A stretch of 64,000 nt of DNA, from the NCBI GenBank assembly GCA_963823665.1, contig CAWGMQ010000002.1:32001-96000 (forward strand), given 5' to 3'. Position numbers and translations under genes: made by a program. Every line of letters starts with the position of its first letter. The stretch's first letter is position 1. This DNA comes from an uncultured Planctomycetota bacterium (GTDB lineage Bacteria; Planctomycetota; Planctomycetia; Isosphaerales; Isosphaeraceae). Shown in pieces: positions 11,490 to 21,535 of the stretch. The notes under the pieces were generated by a model. That model was not told where the DNA came from and did no database searches. It was given only the letters and a program-made list of their open reading frames with translations.

Positions 11490-12763
11490 CTATGCCGTAC
11501 CAGAAACACCGATCGCTTTCGGAGCAGTTAAGTTCGTGCCCGTCACGATCAAAGTACCCGCGAGATTCCCGGCGCCTGAGGTGTGAAGGTCACATCGACG
11601 GTCCGGAATTGACCCGGCGCCAGGTCTCCGCCACCGGTCACTCGGTCGTTGGCCGTGCCGAAAGTCGTGACCGGAGCCGTGGTGGTTACGGCTACGGCTG
11701 GTGCAATGAGCGGCGCGCTACCAACGTTGTGCACTTGCACCGCTACGCGTGCAGTCGTGGCAACGGCGGTAGACGGAAAGCTGATTTGCGACGAGGGGAC
11801 GCCGCCGACCTTGATGGCCACGGCAGGTGCCGGAGGAGCCTTTGCGGCGGGCTGCAGGATGAGGTCCGTTGCACGTTTGATCAGATCGCGAAACGTCTCC
11901 TCGCGGTAACCCACGAGAAAGGCGACCACGTAATAAATGATGAAGTCTTTGCCAGTAGTCGCTTCGTCGGTCAGGAATTTCGGCGGAGTCGCCGCGGCAG
12001 TCACGATCAGGACAAAGAGGAAAAACGCCACAATTCCCAGCACCGCACCAAACACCGGCCTCCCGATGTGCCAGTAGTTGAATTTCTTGTCCCACTGACT
12101 GTTCCACAGGAACACGCCCTCCAGGCTGATCGTGACCGCGCCCAGCGCACCAAACCAGGGAACTGCGATCGGCAGCATGCCGCCGATTATGAGGGTGGAT
12201 CCGTCAGGGCTGGCTAACCAGATATTGTAGGCCGCGGCCATCAGCAACAGCAGAGTGGTGTAGCCCATTCCGAGCCAGAAGAAAAACGACGGCCCGAGTT
12301 GGAGGATAAAAGGATTTGTCGGCTTACGACTCGCAGACCAGAGCAGCACTCCCATGCCAATGACGAGCGCGATGGCAGGAAGTACCACCCACCATGCGTG
12401 TTCAGACACGATCACCCACGGGGTTTTTGCCGTCTCAGCCGGCGATTTGCCAGCGTTCGACGCCTGACCACCCGTCTCTTTGGGCTGCTGCGAGTCTTTC
12501 TCCGGCGCCGGCTTGACGTTATTACTTGAAGCCGCCGGCACTGTCTGCGCATTTGCCCGAGGCATCAGCACCCCAGACATCATCCCGGCCCAGACGCATA
12601 GAACCACGAGAGCAACGAGGAGTCTCACGATTGTAGCTCCGCTGTTCAAAAGAAGATCACAGCAGAATTTCTTCGGAGATGATTGGATCGATCGCGTGTG
12701 CAGACAGAGACTGCGCTGCGGAACACTCAGGCGTCGACAGAACTGATTTGCAAGCTCAACCAA
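11490..12763 (-). CDS. Multi-TM membrane protein with C-terminal ASH/choice-of-anchor D-like Ig domain; probable frameshift near 11565; true start probably downstream of 12763
   Basis: ORF 11549..12763 has a signal-like segment and about 5 hydrophobic helices, then VHNVGSAPL...LAPGQ...VTFTP. A shifted frame supplies GTLIVTGTN...VSGTA* ending at 11490. Confidence 0.65.
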
Positions 12764-13276
12764 GCCTCTGACCGACTTGCTGAATGATCGAGCATCGTGT
12801 CGACAATGATCTGCGCTACGCCAGCCACGTTACCACGCCGGTCAAGCGGTTCAAAAAGGATTCTTCACGAACCTCATCAAGGGAATCCCGGCGCACCCGA
12901 AAGACAGATCGGTATCGGGCCGCCATCCTGACGCACCCGCGCGCCACGCGGTCCAGACCGGCCGTGCCTCAGGACGTAGTGGCAACTGCTCACCTGGACG
13001 GCACGTGGGCCAATCGGCTCTCTGAAAATTTTGGTGCAGTGTAGATTGACGTTGCCCGGCCGAGTCTGGCCAGGGCCTCCGACGCCAGACCGGCGGCGGG
13101 TCCCCGGTCGGCTGGCAGCTGTCACAGGACCCCAGCAAGCGCGCCTGGCGGCCGAGTTGCCAGGGTCGGGGGAGAGCCGACAACCTTGCCGATCGAACTT
13201 AATAGTATTGACGTGCCGCCTAAGAAATGCCCCTCCCCAGCAATCTCCAGGCGAGCCTGGCCTGAATACAGAGCGA

Positions 13277-14455
13277 TCAGCGCGCCAGCGCGTGCAGCAT
13301 CCGACCGAACAGACCACGTCCGTTGTGCGGAGTCGAGCGGCGGTCCAGGCCCATGGCATCATTGATCAAGGCATCGAGGTCGCGCAGGATTGCGGACCCG
13401 GCGGCAACCTGCCGGAGTGGACGACACCTGCTCGCTGCGAGGTTCACAGCCGGAAAGTCAGCGGCGATCGTGACCACGCGAGCGACACCAAGCATTTCTT
13501 TGATCTCCTCGCACGTGAACCCTTTCATTCGCGGATTGTAGCGGTTGAGCACGATCCACAGCGAATGCACCAGGCGCTCCTCGGGCAAGGATTCACAGAA
13601 AAGCCTCAGCGACTTGAGCGATTGCACACTCTGCATTCCGACGACGACCACTTTTTCACAGGTCCTCAAGACCTGGAATTCGACCTCGTCAAACGTACCT
13701 GGCATGTCGAGGACGGTGACATCGGCGAGTTTGCGCAGACACTCGACGATTTTGACAAACTCTTCCGGCTCGGCTGACGTCATCGAATTCAGTTTGTCAG
13801 GACCGGCGAGTATTTTGAGATTGTCCGTGAAGCGGACCAACGTTTTCTCGACAAGGTAGTCGTCGATGCGATGAATCTCGCGGATCAGGTGCGGAAGCGT
13901 CACGCGCGGCTGGAGATCGAACATCGAGGCCAGCGAACCCATTTGTTGAGTGAGCTCGGCAAGGAGCGTCGTTCGTCCCACCTGCTCCGCGATCTCGTAC
14001 GCGAGATTCGCTGCGATCGTCGTTGCCCCGCTGCCGCCTGTCGCACTCGTGACGGCAATGACCTGCCGGTCTAGCATCCCCCTGTCGAACTGTGACCCGA
14101 TCACAGCAAGCGCCTGCTGGAAATCATTCGAGTCCAGCGGCAGCGCGAGAACCTGGACCGCACCCGCCCGGTTTGTTCGGAGAAAGTCCCCGCCGTCGCT
14201 ACTTGACGATAGCGCAAGTATCGGCCACCCCTTCAAGGCCGTCGCAACACGTTGAAGTGCCTCTGGCCTTAGATCCGGACCCGACTGAACAATCACCAAT
14301 CGCGGCTGGTTCTTGTAGTGACGCAGGCAATCGACCGCCATATAAGCCGACTGAAACTCACTTTCCACGGTCGCTGACGCGTTCCACAGCTCCGTCCGCA
14401 AGCTCGGAAGTAGCTCGTCTTCGATCCCCAGCAGTACGACGGGCAACGCATACAT
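13277..14455 (-). CDS. CpaE/TadZ-like protein (atypical receiver plus MinD/ParA-like domain)
   Basis: TSATGGSGATTIAANLA deviant P-loop, VLDMP and IVLNRY motifs; N-terminal receiver-like region. Confidence 0.8.
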   Translation of the reverse strand: MYALPVVLLGIEDELLPSLRTELWNASATVESEFQSAYMAVDCLRHYKNQPRLVIVQSGPDLRPEALQRVATALKGWPILALSSSSDGGDFLRTNRAGAVQVLALPLDSNDFQQALAVIGSQFDRGMLDRQVIAVTSATGGSGATTIAANLAYEIAEQVGRTTLLAELTQQMGSLASMFDLQPRVTLPHLIREIHRIDDYLVEKTLVRFTDNLKILAGPDKLNSMTSAEPEEFVKIVECLRKLADVTVLDMPGTFDEVEFQVLRTCEKVVVVGMQSVQSLKSLRLFCESLPEERLVHSLWIVLNRYNPRMKGFTCEEIKEMLGVARVVTIAADFPAVNLAASRCRPLRQVAAGSAILRDLDALINDAMGLDRRSTPHNGRGLFGRMLHALAR

Positions 14456-14621
14456 TCGGCCATATCCTCCGAGCTTACACCGTCCCCGAGCCGCCAATTC
14501 ACACGACAGACTGATCGAATAATAGTTCAAGAAACGATCGAGGACGCCTCAAACATGCCGAGATTCCCGCATGCAAGGACCCGAAAGGACCCAGAGCCAA
14601 GAGCGACGAGGGCATGGGTTC

Positions 14622-15065
14622 TCACCGCCAGTAGTGATCCCTGTCGTGCTCGGGCAATTCACGATCCACAACTTGGTGTAGATAGTCCTCGCCGAAAACC
14701 AGGCGCCCGAACGTATCGTAGGGAAGCGGAGAGACAAACTTGATCCGGATTCGCCACTTCCGGAACCAGGGTTTCCATGCGGCCACGATGACTCCTTCTG
14801 TCCAGTCCGCCGGCGAAAGATCGGGTATCCGCAACCAGACCGGTTGCTGTTCCATCCGCGTCGGAAGAGAGGCTGACTCGACCAGACAGCCAGCCATCGA
14901 AATGTCGACAACTTGACAAGCGTTCTCCACCAAGCATGAATCCTTCTTCCACGCCAAACAGCACTCCGGCAAGACGACGCTATAGCGACAAGCCCGACGA
15001 CGGTCACTGCCGCTTGAAAGAGGCGCGCTGATGGTCCTGCCGGCGTGATAACTACGGATGCTCAT
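14622..15065 (-). CDS. PilZ-domain protein
   Basis: DRRRACRY (RxxxR) and DISMAG (DxSxxG) motifs. Confidence 0.75.
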   Translation of the reverse strand: MSIRSYHAGRTISAPLSSGSDRRRACRYSVVLPECCLAWKKDSCLVENACQVVDISMAGCLVESASLPTRMEQQPVWLRIPDLSPADWTEGVIVAAWKPWFRKWRIRIKFVSPLPYDTFGRLVFGEDYLHQVVDRELPEHDRDHYWR

Positions 15066-15251
15066 CGGGGTGTGTCACTCTTGCAATCGCCGCGAATTTA
15101 ACACGTTCCTGGTGCAGGGGCCGTCACCAGCGGTGGCGCGACTGCACCGCTCCCGCAAGAAACCTAGGCCCCGGGCCAAAGGCTGTCAAACTCGCTGTTC
15201 CGTTCGAGCATCACGGACTTCATCAAAACCCCAGGCGCAGCTTCAACCGAT

Positions 15252-15584
15252 TCAAGGAGGGTCGTACCCTCCCGGATTCCAGGGATGACAGCGAGCGACC
15301 CTTCGCAGACCTCGCCCAAGACCCTTGAGCAGCCCGTATTTCCGCAGCGATTCCACCATGTAGCGGCTGCACGTCGGCTCGAACCGGCACGCCGGGCCAA
15401 GCAGCGGACTGAGCGTGACCTGGTACAACCGGATCAGCAGGATCAAGAGCGCCGTCATCACCCGCGCCGGCCAGTGCAAGATCGCCGAAGCGGTGGCCCT
15501 GACGCGGCTGGTGCTGCTTCTGGAGCTTGATGCCTGCTCCTCGCCGACGGACAAGCCAGCCTCTCTTTCCTGGCAATCGATCAT
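15252..15584 (-). CDS. yidD: Membrane protein insertion efficiency factor YidD
   Basis: LIRLYQVTLSP, CRFEPTCSRY and RCHPWNPGGYDP motifs; ATGA overlap with rnpA stop. Confidence 0.92.
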   Translation of the reverse strand: MIDCQEREAGLSVGEEQASSSRSSTSRVRATASAILHWPARVMTALLILLIRLYQVTLSPLLGPACRFEPTCSRYMVESLRKYGLLKGLGRGLRRVARCHPWNPGGYDPP

Positions 15585-15946
15585 CGCCGTCTTCCGCCGA
15601 GTCGGCACGCCACGCGACCCCCCAGGTTGACCAGTGATGTCCGGACCGCATCGAGGCTCGCGTTCTGCAAACGCGGAATCACAACCAGATCGATACCCGA
15701 GGGTAGATTCCCCTTGCTCAGACGGAATGCCTCGCGCACCAGGCGCTTGAGCCGGTTCCGGGACGAGGCGGCGCGGACTTTCTTTCGAGCAACGGAGATT
15801 CCCACGCGGGAGTGAGCCAGTCCGTTCTCGACGCCGTAAACCACGAGCACCTGGTCCGACTCGGAGCGCCGCCTATCAAATGCCCGGCGGAAGTCCCTCG
15901 GGTCCTTCATTCGCTCGTGTGGCCGAAAAGTCGCGGTCACGTTCAT
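15581..15946 (-). CDS. rnpA: Ribonuclease P protein component
   Basis: RVGISVARK...ASSRNRLKRLVREAFR (RNR motif) and DLVVIPR. Confidence 0.92.
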   Translation of the reverse strand: MNVTATFRPHERMKDPRDFRRAFDRRRSESDQVLVVYGVENGLAHSRVGISVARKKVRAASSRNRLKRLVREAFRLSKGNLPSGIDLVVIPRLQNASLDAVRTSLVNLGGRVACRLGGRRR

Positions 15947-16230
15947 GACTGAGGATCGATTTCCTGGGCTGGGAATTCCGGCATACGAACCACCCGAGGA
16001 GCGCTCAATCGTTCCCGGATCATGCGGCCGCGACGGGCGATGTGCCAGATGAATAAAGCTCCGAACGCGGCGAAAGCAACCAGCGTCGTCCCGCACAGGA
16101 TTGCGATGGCTCGACCAAGCCGCGGCCGGGCTTCGGGGCGTTCGTCGAGAATTTGACGCAGCCGGCTTCGACGAGGTTCATCCGGTCCAGAGGCCGGGCC
16201 GCTCGAGGTCTTACCATCCCCGTCAATCAT
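15943..16230 (-). CDS. Small single-TM hypothetical protein
   Basis: One hydrophobic helix; stop overlaps rnpA start (ATGA). Confidence 0.65.
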   Translation of the reverse strand: MIDGDGKTSSGPASGPDEPRRSRLRQILDERPEARPRLGRAIAILCGTTLVAFAAFGALFIWHIARRGRMIRERLSAPRVVRMPEFPAQEIDPQS

Positions 16231-16293
16231 CGAGATCGCCCTTCGCTCCTGATCGACGCCGGCGAAAAATTGTCGCCACTCACCTGGAAAAGG

Positions 16294-17260
16294 TCACCAC
16301 AACCCGGCACGCGGGTTTTGCGGGTTGCGCTCGGAAAACTCCTGGATCAAGCGCTTGCCCGTCGCGTCGACTGACTTGGGCACGACGATCTTGAGCAACA
16401 CGAACAGGTCGCCCTGGGGTTTGGCGCCGGATGCGGGAATTCCTTGCCCTTTGATCCGAAGCCGTTGACCGCCGGAGCTCCCCGGCGGGACGGTGAGCGA
16501 TTTCATGCCCTCGAGCGCAGGAACTTCGATCTTCGCTCCGAGGACCGCCTCACCCACGGTGATCGGCACCTCAACCTGGAGACTCTGACCGTCTCGCTTG
16601 AAATACGGATGTGGTTCGACCTGCACGGTGATCGTCAAATCGCCAGCCGGCGTCGTCTTGGTGCCGGGCTCCCCTTGGCCCTTCAGCCGGAGCTTCGCCC
16701 CCGTATCGATGCCGGACGGAATCTTGACGACCAGGCTCTCCGGCTTGCCGTGCCCGCGCTGCAGCTCGATCGTGGTCTCGCCGCCACGTGCAGCCGTCAG
16801 AAACGGGATGATGAGATTGGCCTCGATCGATCGCCCAGCTCGCTGCCGCGGTGCACGCGACCCGCGCACCCGCCCCATCAAGTCTTCAAAAATGCTGGCG
16901 CCGCCTGCCTCCTCACCGTGCTGGCCTCCGCCAAATGAGCCGAGCAAATCGGAGAGATCGATGTGCTCGAATCCTTGACCACCGAAATGGGTGGTCCACT
17001 CGCCCCCCCCAGGCCTCGCTCCGGCGGCAGCCATGCCCTCGAACGCAGCAGCACCGAACTGGTCATAACGTGCCCGCTTTTCCTTGTCCGAGAGAATGTC
17101 GTAGGCGTGCTGCACCTCCTTGAATCGAGCTTCGGCCGACTTGTCCCCCGGATTCACGTCGGGGTGATTCTTGCGCAAGCGCGCGGTACGCCTTCTTGAT
17201 AACCTCCGGCGTTGCATCGCGAGCCACGCCCAGTACGTCGTAATAATCTCGATCTGGCAT
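16294..17260 (-). CDS. DnaJ-class (CbpA-like) chaperone; frameshift near 17180
   Basis: MPDRDYYDVLGV N-terminus in one frame; HPD motif and DnaJ C-terminal domain in ORF 16294..17217; no zinc finger. Confidence 0.9.
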
Positions 17261-17505
17261 CGTGCGACCGACCCTCGCGGTCCAGTCCTTTCGATTCGTC
17301 CCTAACTGTTTTCTACCAGAGAATTGTACTCGTCGATCAACAACGGATTCAAGCGACGCGAAGCCCGAAAGCAAGGCCCAAGACGGCATTTCGAGCCTTG
17401 CCGTGCGCATGTTTCTTGGACCAATGCACCTCTGCTCCCATCACGTGAGGCCAGGGGCAATGCCCGACAGCCCTCGAACGGCGGCCTCAACCGAGATACA
17501 ATCAA

Positions 17506-17533
17506 TCTGTCTGTCTGTCTGTCTGTCTGTCTG
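17506..17533. repeat. (TCTG)7 simple sequence repeat in a divergent intergenic region
   Basis: Seven perfect TCTG units read directly. Confidence 0.95.
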
Positions 17534-17595
17534 TAGAAGATACGAATCCATCCGCCGCCTGTTCACCAGCACAAGTGGAAAGCACCCGGTCTTTG

Positions 17596-18033
17596 ATGCA
17601 CGTTCCTCTGATCTTGCACGAGCGCTTGGGCAACTGGGCCGGGCAACTCCGTTCGCGACTGCAAAACTTGCCGATCCGATGGTTTGAAACGCGGTCGCGT
17701 CGAGACCTCGATGACGTGCTGACCGGACTCGCTTGCCCCGTAGTCCTGATCGACCCGGGAACGCAATTGGCCAATGGCCTGATCGACCTCGATCTGGTAC
17801 GAATGCGGGCTCCCGATGCGCTGGTCCTGGTCAGAAACGCTGGGGGCGAAAGCGAAGCAACACTCCTCGCACGGGAGCTCGGCGCGACCCAGGTGCTTTC
17901 CGGATTCGTGCCTCCGCCGGAGGTCGCTTGCCTGCTGAGTCGCTGGGTGCTCTTGGCCCAGCGCCGAATCGAGTGCAGCGGCTGGTCACGAATCTCATCC
18001 TCTGAATCGAATCTCCTGGAGGGTTCTTTCTGA
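17596..18033 (+). CDS. Receiver-like hypothetical protein
   Basis: PVVLID...ARELGAT pattern resembles a degenerate REC domain; stop overlaps the next start. Confidence 0.55.
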   Translation: MHVPLILHERLGNWAGQLRSRLQNLPIRWFETRSRRDLDDVLTGLACPVVLIDPGTQLANGLIDLDLVRMRAPDALVLVRNAGGESEATLLARELGATQVLSGFVPPPEVACLLSRWVLLAQRRIECSGWSRISSSESNLLEGSF

Positions 18034-19199
18034 TGTTCGGCAAAACCAACACCCCTCTGAGCGAACGGGCTGTTATCGAAGCGTTGCGAGGCGTCAAGGA
18101 CCCCGACATCGGTCGCGATCTGGTCGATCTCGGGATGATCAAGGATATCAAAATCGGTGACGGCACCGTGGCGCTGACGGTCAATCTCACAACCCCGGCC
18201 TGTCCGCTCAAGGCGCAGATCGAGCGCGACGTGCGGACCGCGCTCCAGAGCCGTTTGCCCGGTGAATGGAGCTTTCATATCACGATGACTGCGGAGGTTC
18301 GCGGCAAAGGAATCACCGAAACCGGTGACATCCCCGGCATAAAGAACGTGATTGCCGTCGGCTCCGGAAAAGGGGGTGTCGGCAAATCGACCATGGCCGC
18401 GGCAATCGCCTTTGGCCTGCGTTCTTACGGAGCAAGTGTCGGCCTCATGGATGCCGACGTCTACGGCCCGTCCATCCCCCACCTGGTAGGAGCCGGTGGC
18501 CGCCCCATGGCGCGGGGCGATCGCATTCAACCAATCGAGACCAACGGCCTGAAGCTGATGTCGATGGGTTTTCTGCTCGAGCCCGAAAAAGCGGTCATCA
18601 TGCGCGGGCCGATGCTTCACGGAATCATGCAGCAGTTCCTTCGCCAGGTCGACTGGGGAAACCTCGACTACCTCGTGATCGACTTGCCCCCGGGTACGGG
18701 TGATGTTCCCCTCACCCTCGCCCAGGCGCTCCCACTCACCGGTGCAGTAGTGGTCTGCACGCCCCAGGAGGTTGCTCTGCTCGATGCAACCCGCGCGATA
18801 ACCATGTTCCGTCAGCTCAAGGTGCCCATCCTGGGTATGATCGAGAACATGTCCTTTTTCGATGTGGTCGCATACCTCAAAGAGCGCGGCGGGCCGGAGG
18901 CTCAGAAGCATATCGATGCTAAGGGGTATTTCGACGTGCCCGGTGACGAGCGCATTTATATCTTCGGCCGCGGGGGTGCCAGGCGCAAGGCCGAACAGCT
19001 CGCTGTCCCGTTCCTCGGCGAAGTGCCTCTCAATATTTTCCTCCGCGAGTCGGGTGACGCAGGCAAGTTGGAATCAGCACTCCTTCCCGGCTCTCCATCG
19101 CGGCCCTATCTGCTCGGCGTTGTCGAGCAGCTCGCGGCCCAGATCAGCATCCAGAACATCAAGACACCCAAGATGCCGAAGCTCGAGGTCATCAGTTAG
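18033..19199 (+). CDS. mrp: Mrp/ApbC/NBP35 Fe-S cluster carrier ATPase
   Basis: N-terminal DPDI...TTPACP domain; GSGKGGVGKST, DADVYGPS, DLPPGTGD and ENMS motifs. Confidence 0.93.
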   Translation: MFGKTNTPLSERAVIEALRGVKDPDIGRDLVDLGMIKDIKIGDGTVALTVNLTTPACPLKAQIERDVRTALQSRLPGEWSFHITMTAEVRGKGITETGDIPGIKNVIAVGSGKGGVGKSTMAAAIAFGLRSYGASVGLMDADVYGPSIPHLVGAGGRPMARGDRIQPIETNGLKLMSMGFLLEPEKAVIMRGPMLHGIMQQFLRQVDWGNLDYLVIDLPPGTGDVPLTLAQALPLTGAVVVCTPQEVALLDATRAITMFRQLKVPILGMIENMSFFDVVAYLKERGGPEAQKHIDAKGYFDVPGDERIYIFGRGGARRKAEQLAVPFLGEVPLNIFLRESGDAGKLESALLPGSPSRPYLLGVVEQLAAQISIQNIKTPKMPKLEVIS

Positions 19200-19204
19200 T
19201 ATTA

Positions 19205-20764
19205 TCAACCTCGCCGCAGCGCACGCCCCGGCGTCGCTCCGGTGGGTTCGCCGTCCTTCAGGACGATCGTCCCGTTGACCAGCACGTGTTCGACACCTTC
19301 GGCCGGAATTCGGCCCGCGGCGTAGGTTGACCGGTCGATGACCACATTCGGATCAAACACCGCGATATCGGCAACGAAGCCCGGACGGATCAGGCCTCGG
19401 TCAGTCAGACGAAATCTGCGGGCCGCATGGGTTGAAAGATGGGTGACCGCCTCCGGCCAGGAGTAATCGCCGAGCTCGCGGGTGTGGTAACCAAGGTACC
19501 GCGCAAAGGCGCCCCATCCCCGCGGATGGGGAAAACCGCCGCAGAAGATTCCGTCAGACCCGGCCATGTGAGCCGGGTGACGTAGAATCGCACGCACGTC
19601 GGCTTCGGTTCGCTCACCCGGGCGAAACGCAACAATCCCAACGGCCATACCCGACGCCGCCAGTATTTCACACACGAAGTCACCGGCAGCCAGCCCCGCT
19701 TGCTCGGCCGCCGAGGCAACCGTATGCCCTTCAGCCCACCGCCATTCGGCGTTCGCGACCATCCCGATCGTCACGTTCTCCAGTGCATAAGGGATTTCGG
19801 TTGCGAACCATTCCGATCTCAGCCGGGCGCGAACCGCCGTGTCCCGGAGCCGGTCCACTGTGGCTTGAACCCCACCCTCCTGGACCCACGGAGGCAGGGC
19901 GATCATCCCCAGGATCGTGCTTCCGGCCAGATAGGGATACGTATCAAACGTCAAGTCTAGACCCAACGCGCGCCCTTCATCGATCATCGGCAGCAAGACA
20001 TCGGCCCGCCCGTTGTAATGCGAGACGTGCGCAGGAACGCCGGTCTTCTGCGCGATCTCACAAACCTCGCGCATGCCGACCGGCGCGAGACGGCCATAGC
20101 CCCTCATGTGGGTCACGTAAACACCATTCTCAGCAACGATCGCCTCGCACAGAGCCGCGATCTCTGAAGCATCAGCATAGCGGCTGGGGATGTAGTCCAG
20201 ACCAGTCGAGAGCCCCACCGCCCCCGCGTTCATTCCGTCGCGCACCAACTTTTGCATCGCACGCACCTCGTCGTGGTGCGGCGGCCGAGCATCGAGGCCC
20301 ATGACCTCCATCCGAACGTTTCCGTTGGGAATCAGGTAGGCCACGTTGATGGCCACTCGCCGGTCGAAGCAGGCGAGGTATTCGTCGATCGTCCGCCACT
20401 GGCACTCAAGGCCGGCCGGGTTGCCATTGAAGCCGGCCGTGTAGCGTCTCATGTAGTCGAGCGTCGCCGGTGAAGCCGGGGCAAAGGAGCTGCCGTCTTG
20501 CCCGATCAGGTAAGTCGTCACGCCTTGCCGCAATGCGGGCGTGTGAATCGGATCGGCCAGGAGCATGAGATCGCCGTGGACGTGCGCGTCGATAAACCCG
20601 GGAACAACGTAGCGACCTTCGACGTCGATGACCTCGGGTGCCACGGCGCCGTCCAGACGCCCAACCTCGGCGATCATCGTCTCGAGCAAACCCACGTCGG
20701 CCAGGAAAGCTGGTCCACCGGAGCCGTCAATCACCCACCCACCCTTCAAAATCAAATCGAACAT
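19205..20764 (-). CDS. N-acyl-D-amino-acid deacylase (D-aminoacylase) family amidohydrolase
   Basis: PGFIDAHVH, GLSTGLDY, SH, GSDG...HPRGWG and RGLIRPGFVADI motifs. Confidence 0.9.
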   Translation of the reverse strand: MFDLILKGGWVIDGSGGPAFLADVGLLETMIAEVGRLDGAVAPEVIDVEGRYVVPGFIDAHVHGDLMLLADPIHTPALRQGVTTYLIGQDGSSFAPASPATLDYMRRYTAGFNGNPAGLECQWRTIDEYLACFDRRVAINVAYLIPNGNVRMEVMGLDARPPHHDEVRAMQKLVRDGMNAGAVGLSTGLDYIPSRYADASEIAALCEAIVAENGVYVTHMRGYGRLAPVGMREVCEIAQKTGVPAHVSHYNGRADVLLPMIDEGRALGLDLTFDTYPYLAGSTILGMIALPPWVQEGGVQATVDRLRDTAVRARLRSEWFATEIPYALENVTIGMVANAEWRWAEGHTVASAAEQAGLAAGDFVCEILAASGMAVGIVAFRPGERTEADVRAILRHPAHMAGSDGIFCGGFPHPRGWGAFARYLGYHTRELGDYSWPEAVTHLSTHAARRFRLTDRGLIRPGFVADIAVFDPNVVIDRSTYAAGRIPAEGVEHVLVNGTIVLKDGEPTGATPGRALRRG

Positions 20765-20827
20765 GATCGCTCGCTCCCGCGTTCGTCGCGCGCTTCCTGA
20801 GTGCGTTCAACGACCACGCTTGGTTGC

Positions 20828-21535
20828 TTAAGAAGTGGACCGAGGCTTGGTGAGATCGCCCGCGGACACCGGGATTGGGCTGTCGATGCCCCGCCAGATG
20901 TACCAGCTCGCGATCGTCCGGAACGGCCGCCATGGCTCCGCCAGAGCGTGGCAGTCCCGCGGATGTGGCAGCTCGGGCAAGCCGTGCCTGTCTCGCAGCG
21001 CCACACGCACCCCCAGGTCGCCCGCCGGAAGCACGTCGGGCCGATTCATGACGAAGATCAAGAACATCTCGGCCGTCCAGACGCCGATGCCCTTGACTGC
21101 AGTCAATGCATGCGTGATTGCCTCGTCATCCCACGTGTCGTCGAATTCTTCAATCGGTAACTCTCCACTGAGCACGGCCTCCGCGAGATTAAGAATGTAC
21201 CGGGCCTTTGCGCTCGAGAGTCCGACGGTTCTCAATTCGGTCTCCCCCAGCTCGATTAATCGTTCAGGACACGGCGGATCACCGCCGAGCGCCGTCAGCT
21301 TCATGTTGATCGACCGGGCGGCCTTCGTCGAAATCTGCTGGCCGATGATCGAACGAACAAGCGCGGCAAAGCGATCGGGGTGTGCCTCCAGCCGGCAGGG
21401 GCCGATCCGATCGATGATCGCCTTCAGGTGGGCGTCAACCGCCCGCAGATGCTTGACGGCGGCATCCCACCGATCCAGGGAACGCCGATTCTCTCGTCGA
21501 CGTCGGATCGAGCGCGGGCGTCGCTGTTTGCTCAT
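20828..21535 (-). CDS. DNA-3-methyladenine glycosylase II (AlkA-like, HhH-GPD)
   Basis: IIGQQIS, VKGIGVWTAEM, LPAGDLG and WRPFRT motifs. Confidence 0.9.
   Translation of the reverse strand: MSKQRRPRSIRRRRENRRSLDRWDAAVKHLRAVDAHLKAIIDRIGPCRLEAHPDRFAALVRSIIGQQISTKAARSINMKLTALGGDPPCPERLIELGETELRTVGLSSAKARYILNLAEAVLSGELPIEEFDDTWDDEAITHALTAVKGIGVWTAEMFLIFVMNRPDVLPAGDLGVRVALRDRHGLPELPHPRDCHALAEPWRPFRTIASWYIWRGIDSPIPVSAGDLTKPRSTS

Noticed and set aside
11360..12217. Plus-strand ORFs starting within the tRNA fragments (also 5800..6150)
   Set aside because: They are translations of tRNA-derived sequence or antisense to a better-supported gene.
17502..18911. 469-aa minus-strand ORF and similar long shadow ORFs (e.g. 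21571..22842, 48992..50047, 50083..51144)
   Set aside because: Antisense to well-supported genes, a typical artefact of high-GC DNA.
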